A stretch of DNA of 64,000 nt, taken from NCBI GenBank assembly GCA_047173645.1, contig JBCQUZ010000001.1, positions 219 to 64,218 on the forward strand. Reading direction: 5' to 3'. Every line of letters starts with the position of its first letter. Within the stretch, counting starts at the first letter, position 1. This document shows positions 9,354 through 17,460 of the stretch, piece after piece. This stretch comes from Rikenellaceae bacterium. GTDB taxonomy: Bacteria; Bacteroidota; Bacteroidia; Bacteroidales; Rikenellaceae. The translations under genes were made by a program, and so were the position numbers. The notes below the pieces were generated by a model. It did not search any database and was not told where the DNA came from. It was given only the letters and a program-made list of their open reading frames with translations.

Positions 9354-10346
9354 ATGAGTTACATTGAATCAACAAAGAGCTACACAGGATCGGAGCTTGA
9401 GGTAGTATTTTTTAAGCCAATGCTTACGGGCGCAGCGGCTAACGACATCGGCGTGAAGGTGTTGTATAATATGCCTGTGCCAACAACGATTCACCATTGG
9501 GCGGGTCGAAGTGATATTTTGCAGAGCTACACCCAAGCTGGATGGAGCGCAGAGTCGGCAAACACGCGCACTCAAAAGACAATCGACATGAAGCGCGTAA
9601 AGGCGGAGATGGGATTCTCGGCAGCGGATTACTTCTCGCTTGTGTTTGAAAATGTGGCGACTAAGTCGGACATCGACAATTTGGATGATCTCACGGGGAC
9701 AGAGTTGGAGGCTGCCGAGACGGAGTTGTTCCGCAAGTCAATTGCCGAGTCGTTGCGTGTGACGATGTGGGCTGGCGACACTACGTCGAGCACAGCGCCA
9801 AATACATTTGATGGATTCTTGAAGATGATCGCTGCTGGCGTGAGCGACAAGAGTATCGCATCGACGACATTCACCAAGGGGTCGAACACTTCGCCAGAGT
9901 ACACATTGGAGCTGTTTGCTTCGCTTTGGGATCAAGCATCGACAACGCTGAAGGATGCTAAGTCGGAGGGTGAGTTGGCGATATTCGTGACTTCGGATAT
10001 TTACAACCACTACGAGATGGCGTTGGATGCTGTAGGTGCCGAGGGTGCTTATGTTGATGCACAGAGTGGTCGTATGAAGTTGATGTATCATGGTATGGAG
10101 GTGATCGATATGCACGTGGCTCCTTATGTAGATGCTTTAGGTTTGGAGGATACATTTGCGTTTATGACCGACAAGCGCAACTTGGTGATGGCGGTGAACA
10201 CGGCAGATTTCCCAGGGTCGGAGATTCGCATGTGGTACAATCCCGATGAGATGCAGAATCGTCAACGCGCCACATTTGCGGTGGGTTGCGAGATTGTCGA
10301 TGAGGAGTTGATTTCGTTTGCAACAACTTCATCTAGTAGCAATTAG
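9354..10346 (+). CDS. Putative major capsid protein
   Basis: 330 aa, directly after the prohead protease; MWAGDT...FDGFLK pattern seen in HK97-fold capsids; strong initiation region and expression-type codon bias. Confidence 0.65.
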   Translation: MSYIESTKSYTGSELEVVFFKPMLTGAAANDIGVKVLYNMPVPTTIHHWAGRSDILQSYTQAGWSAESANTRTQKTIDMKRVKAEMGFSAADYFSLVFENVATKSDIDNLDDLTGTELEAAETELFRKSIAESLRVTMWAGDTTSSTAPNTFDGFLKMIAAGVSDKSIASTTFTKGSNTSPEYTLELFASLWDQASTTLKDAKSEGELAIFVTSDIYNHYEMALDAVGAEGAYVDAQSGRMKLMYHGMEVIDMHVAPYVDALGLEDTFAFMTDKRNLVMAVNTADFPGSEIRMWYNPDEMQNRQRATFAVGCEIVDEELISFATTSSSSN

Positions 10347-10351
10347 AAGAT

Positions 10352-10801
10352 ATGGCAACAAGTAGCAGATCGAATGTTGGAGGGGTATTCAGCGTTGTGA
10401 TGTGGCTTGGCGGAGATAGTGGGAGGAGTGATCCTCCCACATCTTTAGATAGCGGAGTTATGGCGGTGAGGGTGCCTTTGATTTCGGAGATGAGCAGTTA
10501 CTCCGAATCGGTCGAGATAGATGGCGGAGTGCGACGAGTGGAACAGACACTAAATATTGTGACACATGCGCAGGATGATTTTTGGCGTAGGGCGGAGCTC
10601 TTTGGTGCGGAGCGCACGGGGTGTATTGCCGAAGTGGAGGTGTCATCTTTGGGGCGTATACTTTTGGGTTGGAGCTCTCGATTGGGTTACGATCAACCAC
10701 TTAGGTTGGTGCAGACATCGACACAGAGTAGCAGTTCGGTAGCACAGGGGTGTACCAAAAAGTGGGTGTTTAAGGCATATTCGACCCAATCATTAATTTA
10801 A
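10352..10801 (+). CDS. Hypothetical phage structural protein (possible tail tube/neck)
   Basis: 149 aa, beta-rich, N-terminal NVGGV motif; position after capsid gene. Confidence 0.4.
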   Translation: MATSSRSNVGGVFSVVMWLGGDSGRSDPPTSLDSGVMAVRVPLISEMSSYSESVEIDGGVRRVEQTLNIVTHAQDDFWRRAELFGAERTGCIAEVEVSSLGRILLGWSSRLGYDQPLRLVQTSTQSSSSVAQGCTKKWVFKAYSTQSLI

Positions 10802-10823
10802 GGTTAAGATTTATTGTTAAGGT

Positions 10824-12026
10824 ATGGCAAAGAGTAAAATTGCGGTGACCAATCGCGCCGATGATCCATATATTGGAGGTGGAGGTGTGGTGACGCAAAA
10901 GAGAGAGAAAGCGAGTAGTGAAAAATTTTGGCGTTGGGGCGATGATAATCTATTTCCCAATGCGTTGGCGGCGATGGCGCGACGATCGTCGACACATCGA
11001 AGGGTGATAAACGACAAGGCGGATTATATCGCTGGAAAGGGTGTGGCGTATGATACACAGGAGACTCTGCTGGGGCGATTTGTCGGAAGAGTAAATTCGC
11101 GCGGGGAGTCTCTGCGTCAAGTGTTGGCGAGGGTCGCTTTCGATAAGGTGTTGTTTGGAAACGCATTTGTGGAGGTGGTGTGTGATGAGGCGCACACGAC
11201 ATTGTCGCTGTATCATCACGACGCTTCGAGATGTCGAGTGTCGGCTGATTCGGAACATATAATTATGCACCATGATTGGTCGAGGTTTAAATTATCGGAG
11301 GCGACAACACTATCTTTGTATCCGAATTTTAGTGTGGCGGAGGATGGGACTCTGCGCGCTATGATTCACTACAAAGATTATGAGCCGATGTTTGAACATT
11401 ATGGTGTGCCAGCCTACATTGCGGGGTTGAATGTGGCAGCTATAGCACACAAGACCGATAGGTGGAATATTTCGAGGTTGGATAATTCGTTCCAGATGTC
11501 GGGTATCATGTTGTTGGACAACGCTGTGGATAGCGAAGCTGAAGCGGAGGAGGTGATCCGCACGGCACAGAGCAAGTTTGGGGGTAAGCCTGGGCAGGTG
11601 TTGTTTGTGATAAAGGATGGTTCGGAGAATGATAATTCGAAGTTTATACCCATATCGTCCGAAAACGATGGCGATTGGTGCGAATTGCATGAGCAGGCGA
11701 AGAGTGATATTGTGGTGGCTCATTCGTGGTTTGTGTCGCTCAGTGGGTTGGATTATTCGTCGGGATTTTCGGCAGAGAGGATTTTGTATGAGTATGAGGT
11801 GGCGCTTAACACCTTGATTTTGGGCGAGCAAGCGGAGTTACTGGAGCCTATAAAGGCGGTGATTGGCAATGTGTTGGGAGTTGATGCTTCGTCGGTCGAG
11901 ATTATCAACAAACCGCCCACCGAAAGCAAACCACAATATATGCGAGTGTGGGAGGCGCGCAAGGCTGATGGGTTGGATTATGATGCGGAGGATGAGCGTC
12001 AGCAATTGTATTTGTCGGAGATTTAA
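10824..12026 (+). CDS. Phage portal protein
   Basis: WG.DN.FP, D..LFGNAFVEV, YGVPAY, N...DNSF..SGI, IVVAH motifs typical of Bacteroidota phage portals; 400 aa. Confidence 0.8.
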   Translation: MAKSKIAVTNRADDPYIGGGGVVTQKREKASSEKFWRWGDDNLFPNALAAMARRSSTHRRVINDKADYIAGKGVAYDTQETLLGRFVGRVNSRGESLRQVLARVAFDKVLFGNAFVEVVCDEAHTTLSLYHHDASRCRVSADSEHIIMHHDWSRFKLSEATTLSLYPNFSVAEDGTLRAMIHYKDYEPMFEHYGVPAYIAGLNVAAIAHKTDRWNISRLDNSFQMSGIMLLDNAVDSEAEAEEVIRTAQSKFGGKPGQVLFVIKDGSENDNSKFIPISSENDGDWCELHEQAKSDIVVAHSWFVSLSGLDYSSGFSAERILYEYEVALNTLILGEQAELLEPIKAVIGNVLGVDASSVEIINKPPTESKPQYMRVWEARKADGLDYDAEDERQQLYLSEI

Positions 12027-12054
12027 GGGGAGTTCTAATTAAAAAGTAAAAGTG

Positions 12055-12465
12055 ATGAGATATAATGTATTGTCGATAATCGAGCCCGAGGAGGTGAAGT
12101 TAATAGCTTTTTCGGATGTGGCATCGGTGCCAACGGATATGATGTGTGGTGCTAATATAGAGTATGCGTTGAGTCGATTTGTGGAGCCTGTGACGGGGCG
12201 CAAATTGTTGGAGGCGGTGGCGCGAGGTGAGTATGAGGAGTTGAAGCGACGATTTTTGCAGGGGGCGGTGGCGCTCTATGTGAGATATATTTCGGGGTAT
12301 GACAGCGAAGAGAGTGCTTTGAGGGTATTGACTCGCGCGCGACACTATCTCAAACAGATGTCGCACTATTTGGAGGTGAATAGTAGCAAGTTCAAGGAGT
12401 ATGATGGCGCGGAGAATATATTAAATAGATGTAAGATTTATGGAGACTTGGTGCAGATACTTTAG
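12055..12465 (+). CDS. Putative head-tail adaptor / phage protein
   Basis: Small helical protein right after the portal; IIEPEEV..IAF and FVEPVTG.KL pattern. Confidence 0.45.
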   Translation: MRYNVLSIIEPEEVKLIAFSDVASVPTDMMCGANIEYALSRFVEPVTGRKLLEAVARGEYEELKRRFLQGAVALYVRYISGYDSEESALRVLTRARHYLKQMSHYLEVNSSKFKEYDGAENILNRCKIYGDLVQIL

Positions 12466-12856
12466 CGGTGCGCTTATGTCGTTGTGCGGATTGTTTGCTC
12501 CGATAACCCCACTTGTGTGGTGTGTGGTGGCATTTATTGCCATTGACTTTGTGACGGGCAATATGGCATCTATGGCTAGAGCGCGACGCGAGGGAAAGGA
12601 GTGGTATTTTCGGAGTTATTATGCGTGGCGCACGATATATAAGTTGGGATTTTCGATTATTGCCATCGGGATGGCGTGGTTGATTGATGAGTGTGTGATG
12701 ACATTTGTGGTGTTGAATTTGGCGAGGTTCGTCGCGGGGTTTGTGTGTGGAGTCGAGATGTGGTCGTTTTTGGAGAATGCGGCGCAAATATCTAATGCTC
12801 CGTTGTTTAGGTGGTTACAGAGGTTCGTCTATCAAAAGGTTAAGGATAGGTGTTAG
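12440..12856 (+). CDS. Phage holin family protein
   Basis: About 3 TM helices; FAPI, IAIDFVTG, RTIYK, E.WSFLEN motifs of holin-4-like proteins. Confidence 0.8.
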   Translation: METWCRYFSGALMSLCGLFAPITPLVWCVVAFIAIDFVTGNMASMARARREGKEWYFRSYYAWRTIYKLGFSIIAIGMAWLIDECVMTFVVLNLARFVAGFVCGVEMWSFLENAAQISNAPLFRWLQRFVYQKVKDRC

Positions 12857-12882
12857 AGGGGACTAGTGGTGAGTTAGTTTCG

Positions 12883-12952
12883 GGTGAGGATTTTCGGGCT
12901 GTGGCGGTCGTTTAAGGGCGATCGGAGGGCGGTTGAAGATCCTCACCTTTTT
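12883..12952 (+). terminator. Terminator-like long hairpin closing the phage-like operon
   Basis: GGTGAGGATTTTC (12883-12895) pairs with GAAGATCCTCACC (12935-12947), followed by TTTTT. Confidence 0.7.
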
Positions 12953-12988
12953 GTGTGTATTATTAAAAAAAATAAAAAACAATATTGA

Positions 12989-13081
12989 AAAATACCTTAA
13001 ATCGGTTATAAAACCGAAAAATGCCTCTTAAAAATACCTAATTTCGGTTATTGTGCGATTTTCACACTTACTTTACCTTTG
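12989..13081 (+). promoter_or_regulatory. Promoter of TonB operon with 21-bp direct repeats
   Basis: AAAATACCTTAAATCGGTTAT (12989) and AAAATACCTAATTTCGGTTAT (13031), 42 bp apart; TACCTTTG at 13074-13081. Confidence 0.65.
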
Positions 13082-13144
13082 CAACATCGCTTTTAGTTTA
13101 TAAAAAAACATAAAAGATTAGAATAGGTTGTTAAAATAAAGGTT

Positions 13145-15616
13145 ATGAGGTTGGGAAGAATTTTATTATTTTTGATGGCGAGTGTGATCTCTTTGAGTCA
13201 CTCAACGCTATTTGCTGTTGAGAGAGGTGGCGATAGAGGTAGAATGGCTGAGGTTAAGGGTATAGTGACATCGGGAGAGGATGGAGCTGCGATAGCTTAT
13301 GCCACGGTACATGTTGATGGAACGAATGTCGGAACCTCAACCGACGAGAAGGGTCGTTATCACTTGCGATTGCCACAGGGCGAATACACATTAGTGGCGA
13401 CTTATGTGGGTTACGAAAGCTACTCTCAAAAGGTAGATATGCCACAAAGAGGTGAAATTGTGGTTCACATGTCGCTCACACCATCGACAACAGATATTGA
13501 TGCTGTGGAGGTGAAGAGCGAGAGCCAAATGCAACGCATAAATAAATCTGCATACAATGTACAATCTCTTTCGCTCGAAGGGTTTAAAAATTCGGCGGCG
13601 ACAATGACCGATGTTTTGGCAAAGATGGGAGGTGTTAAGATTCGTGAGGCTGGAGGAGTTGGTAGCGATACCAATATTTCGATAAATGGATATTCGGGCA
13701 ATCATGTCAAGATATTTATAGATGGAGTGCAGTTGGATCAAAACAACTCATCATTCTCGTTGAGTAATATGCCCACGAACTTTGCTGAGAGAATTGATGT
13801 ATATAGCGGAGTTGTGCCCATTGAGTTTGGAACAGATGCCATCGGAGGTGTTATCAATATTGTTACCGACAAATCGCAACGATTCAGAGCGTTTAATCTC
13901 GATGCGTCGTACTCTTATGGTTCGTTCAATACACACTCTACATATCTAAACTTTGGTCAAACATTCGAAAGTGGTTTTATGTATAATATCAACGCATATC
14001 AAAATTATTCGGATAATGATTATTGGATTGATGCTATGATGTGTGATTTGAACAGTGTCGGTGGTATTGCATCGATGACAGTTAGCGGAGAGACTAAGCG
14101 AGTTAGACGCTTTAATGATGCCTATCACAACGAAACTGTGATTGGGACAATGGGTGTGGTAAACAAATCATGGGCAGATCTATTGACTTTGAAGTTTAAC
14201 TATTCACAATACTTCAACGAGATTCAAAATGGAACGATCCAAGATCACCGCGCTTATGGACAAAAGGAGCGTAACGGATACTCTATAACTCCAACTTTGG
14301 AGTACTCAAAAAATAATCTATTTACCGAGGGTTTGGATGTTCGTTTTAGTGCCAACTATTCGTCGGGATATACTCGCAACTACGATCCAGGGGGTGTGAC
14401 CTACAACTGGTTGGGCGAGAGTGTTACAAACAATCAAATCTCGATGACCGACACCGAGATGCAAAATAATAGCTACAATGTGAATTTTGTAACTAAGTAT
14501 CACTTCATGGATCGCCACGAGTTTGCATTCGCCTCGACTTTGAGCTCTGCATCGCGCGAGACTCGTTCGATTATAGAGTCTACATTGAAGTATGATGTGT
14601 GGAGCGACCCTTTGGTAAATCTCAAAAATATCGCAGGATTATCTTATAGATTTAATATAAACGAAAAGTTTGATGCTTCGTTATTTGCAAAGAACTATTG
14701 GCAACTCAACGAGGGTAATATCTATGATAGCGACACTGCAGAGTATGAGTGGATGACATCGACAAGCAGTCTATGGGGTTATGGAGCTGCTGCGACATAC
14801 TTCCCATTTGAGAGCGTGCAGATTAAAGCCTCATACGAAAAGGCGTATCGTTTGCCAACAACAACCGAAATATTTGGTGATAATGATCTTGAGAATGGAG
14901 AGTTTACACTTAAGCCTGAGTCGAGCGATAATTTGAACCTCAATTTGAAGTACACTCTTGAGGTAGGCAAACACACACTCACAGCGGATGCGAACCTAAT
15001 CTACCGCTACACGAAGGATTATATATATCGTTCGACAACAAGTACATACAATATATATGTATCATCGGCATCATACGAAAACTTCGGTCAAGTTAAAACT
15101 AAAGGTTACACAGCATCTTTGCGCTACAACTATGATGATTTCTTTGATGTGGGAGGAACCTTCAATCAGCTCAATGCTCGCAACAACGAGAAGAATGTAG
15201 TGTCGGCAGGTACAAGTTTTACGAGCGTAACTTATGGCGTGCGACTTCCTAACACTCCTTATCAATATGCTAACCTCGATGGTGAGTTGAACGTGTCGAA
15301 GATGTTGGATAGTGGGTCTCAATTCTTTGCTAAGCATAACTTTGCAATCACCTATGATCTGTTCTATCAACATGAGTTCCCATTGCATTGGGAGAATCTT
15401 GGAGATCCGGCAACTAAGGCAAAGGTACCAAGTCAAATATCACATAGCTTGATGCTTAACTATTCGTTCCAAAAGGGTAAGTATAATGTGTCGTTCGAGG
15501 CTCGCAACCTAACAGATGCTAATTTGTACGACAACTATTCGCTCCAAAAACCTGGACGTGCATTCTACGCTAAGTTAAGAGTGAATATAAATAAAGCAAA
15601 AAAGGTAACAGAATAA
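13145..15616 (+). CDS. TonB-dependent receptor (iron/siderophore type)
   Basis: Signal peptide, CarboxypepD_reg-like N-domain, plug (ERIDVYSGVVP..FG.DAIGGVINIVT), C-terminal NLTD..LYDNYSLQKPGR.FY. Confidence 0.92.
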   Translation: MRLGRILLFLMASVISLSHSTLFAVERGGDRGRMAEVKGIVTSGEDGAAIAYATVHVDGTNVGTSTDEKGRYHLRLPQGEYTLVATYVGYESYSQKVDMPQRGEIVVHMSLTPSTTDIDAVEVKSESQMQRINKSAYNVQSLSLEGFKNSAATMTDVLAKMGGVKIREAGGVGSDTNISINGYSGNHVKIFIDGVQLDQNNSSFSLSNMPTNFAERIDVYSGVVPIEFGTDAIGGVINIVTDKSQRFRAFNLDASYSYGSFNTHSTYLNFGQTFESGFMYNINAYQNYSDNDYWIDAMMCDLNSVGGIASMTVSGETKRVRRFNDAYHNETVIGTMGVVNKSWADLLTLKFNYSQYFNEIQNGTIQDHRAYGQKERNGYSITPTLEYSKNNLFTEGLDVRFSANYSSGYTRNYDPGGVTYNWLGESVTNNQISMTDTEMQNNSYNVNFVTKYHFMDRHEFAFASTLSSASRETRSIIESTLKYDVWSDPLVNLKNIAGLSYRFNINEKFDASLFAKNYWQLNEGNIYDSDTAEYEWMTSTSSLWGYGAAATYFPFESVQIKASYEKAYRLPTTTEIFGDNDLENGEFTLKPESSDNLNLNLKYTLEVGKHTLTADANLIYRYTKDYIYRSTTSTYNIYVSSASYENFGQVKTKGYTASLRYNYDDFFDVGGTFNQLNARNNEKNVVSAGTSFTSVTYGVRLPNTPYQYANLDGELNVSKMLDSGSQFFAKHNFAITYDLFYQHEFPLHWENLGDPATKAKVPSQISHSLMLNYSFQKGKYNVSFEARNLTDANLYDNYSLQKPGRAFYAKLRVNINKAKKVTE

Positions 15617-15637
15617 ATATTAAATTAAAACAAAAAA

Positions 15638-17359
15638 ATGATGAAAAAAAATGTAACAATTTCGAGATTGTTTGTTGCAGCAACAGCTGTAGCAGTCGCA
15701 ATGTCATCTTGTACAAAAGATGATGCAGCAGGTAGCAGTAGCAGTAGCGATGATTATGATGCTTTCGCAACCGATTTTTACCCAACAGCGATCTATTTTA
15801 CTCAGATTAATCCAAACAACACTACAAGTACAGAGTATTTTACATATCAACTTGCTGAGGATTTCTTGTTGGGAGATTATGTGGAGGCAGGTGAGAGATC
15901 TCCAGAGACGGTAAACTTCCCTGGTTTTGTTCAAGCTAATGGTAAGACTTATGTGTCGGTTGCTACAACTGGTGTTACTGGTTACTCTGTAGCTTCAGCA
16001 GATTTCGAGACTAACATGCAAACTTTGCTCGACAACGAGGGATTCGGAGGTGAGCCTTGGGATTATGTATCGTTGAACTACTCTGTGGCTTACATGAGCT
16101 ACGAGGGTGACACTAGTGGTTCTGGTTACTCTTCGTCTGGTTCATACTCAAGCGGTATTGCTTACCCACTTACTCCACACAAAGCTCGTGTTGCGGTATA
16201 TGGTCAATCAGCACCATTTGATTTGATGGCAACTACTCCATCAAAGGTTCTTACTACAGATCTTATCGGTCAAGCATATGGTCGCTACCTTGGTAACCCA
16301 TACAACACAATGATGACTAACTCTGATGAGTCATTCGTATATGTATTCTCTCCAGGATCAACTCGTAAGTTCGACTGTGTTAGAACCACAAACGAGGCTG
16401 ATGGCACCGAGATTCTTCAAGAGTACACCGAGAAGACAACCTATACAGAGACAGCTGATCGCACAGTGCGCAAGGTTGCTAACGGTGGCGCTACAGCTGG
16501 TGTTATCCGTATCAACACTACAACAGATGCAATTGATACTAGCTTTGGTACTAATGGTGTTGTTGAGCTTGAGGATACCTACTTCAACGGATGTACATTC
16601 TCTCAAGTATGGCACATAACGGGCGACAAGTACCTTCTTCGTGTGATGGATGAGGCTAACACAACTGCTCACGGTTTCTACTACGCATTCCACAAAAATC
16701 AACCATGGGATACTCGTTTCTTCATCTTCGATGCTGCGACTGTAACTATGACAGAGATCTCTGCTCTTCCAGTATATGAAGATTTGATGGCTGCTTCGAA
16801 CACTATCGGTGAGCCATTGTGTACAGATAGCAAGGTCTACATCCCATACTCTCTTGCTACAGGAGCTTGTGTTTATGTTGTAGATATTACAGGTTCTTCA
16901 TACTCAGGTGTAAAGGGTGCATCTTCGGACGCTAACTACATCTATGGTATGGGTATGTTGACATGTGCTACAGATGCTTCAGTAGAGAAGATTATCCTTG
17001 CTACTCGTGTTACTGATGGTGCATTCTACTATCTTGATGCAACAGTTGCGGAGGTTGAGGATCCATCAGAGGTATTGACTATGCAAGGTGATGGTGTCGA
17101 GGTAAACAATGGTCAAGTCATCCACTTCATCGACAATAAGTACCTATTCACTCTTTATGAGGCAGGAGGTTCTGACGGTGTTCAATGTAATGGATACACG
17201 CTTCAGGAGGATGGTGAGCTTAAGGCTTTGATGGGTTCTGGATATTGGACAACATCTGGTTACCACTCAGAAGGAAACCTTGGAGACTACTTCACATATA
17301 TGAGATGGTCGACTCTAAGTAGCGATGTGACTCCTCGTCAATACCCTACACAAGAGTAA
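15638..17359 (+). CDS. Surface lipoprotein, DUF4374/XusB-like beta-propeller (apparently permuted)
   Basis: Lipobox MSSC followed by TKDD export-like signal; DUF4374-like segments GVIRINT..D.ID, QVWHITGDKYLL, VYVFSP. Confidence 0.7.
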   Translation: MMKKNVTISRLFVAATAVAVAMSSCTKDDAAGSSSSSDDYDAFATDFYPTAIYFTQINPNNTTSTEYFTYQLAEDFLLGDYVEAGERSPETVNFPGFVQANGKTYVSVATTGVTGYSVASADFETNMQTLLDNEGFGGEPWDYVSLNYSVAYMSYEGDTSGSGYSSSGSYSSGIAYPLTPHKARVAVYGQSAPFDLMATTPSKVLTTDLIGQAYGRYLGNPYNTMMTNSDESFVYVFSPGSTRKFDCVRTTNEADGTEILQEYTEKTTYTETADRTVRKVANGGATAGVIRINTTTDAIDTSFGTNGVVELEDTYFNGCTFSQVWHITGDKYLLRVMDEANTTAHGFYYAFHKNQPWDTRFFIFDAATVTMTEISALPVYEDLMAASNTIGEPLCTDSKVYIPYSLATGACVYVVDITGSSYSGVKGASSDANYIYGMGMLTCATDASVEKIILATRVTDGAFYYLDATVAEVEDPSEVLTMQGDGVEVNNGQVIHFIDNKYLFTLYEAGGSDGVQCNGYTLQEDGELKALMGSGYWTTSGYHSEGNLGDYFTYMRWSTLSSDVTPRQYPTQE

Positions 17360-17383
17360 TCTAACAAATATTATAATAAATAT

Positions 17384-17426
17384 AAAGGAGGGATTCTCTG
17401 AGCCTATTTTGAGAATCTCTCCTTTT
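17384..17426 (+). terminator. Hairpin/terminator between lipoprotein and reductase genes
   Basis: AAAGGAGGGATTCTC...GAGAATCTCTCCTTTT. Confidence 0.7.
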
Positions 17427-17460
17427 CACTAATTCAAACATTTAAACAAAAAATAAAGAT

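Larger units (their letters stand above)
4999..12856 (+). mobile_element. Phage-derived virion morphogenesis cluster (domesticated prophage remnant or GTA-like)
   Basis: Eight co-oriented intact ORFs including ClpP-type protease, capsid-like, portal-like and holin-like genes; no integrase, terminase or replication genes in the window. Confidence 0.75.

Noticed and set aside
9354-10346. Encapsulin nanocompartment
   Set aside because: Portal, tail-like and holin genes accompany it and no cargo enzyme is adjacent.
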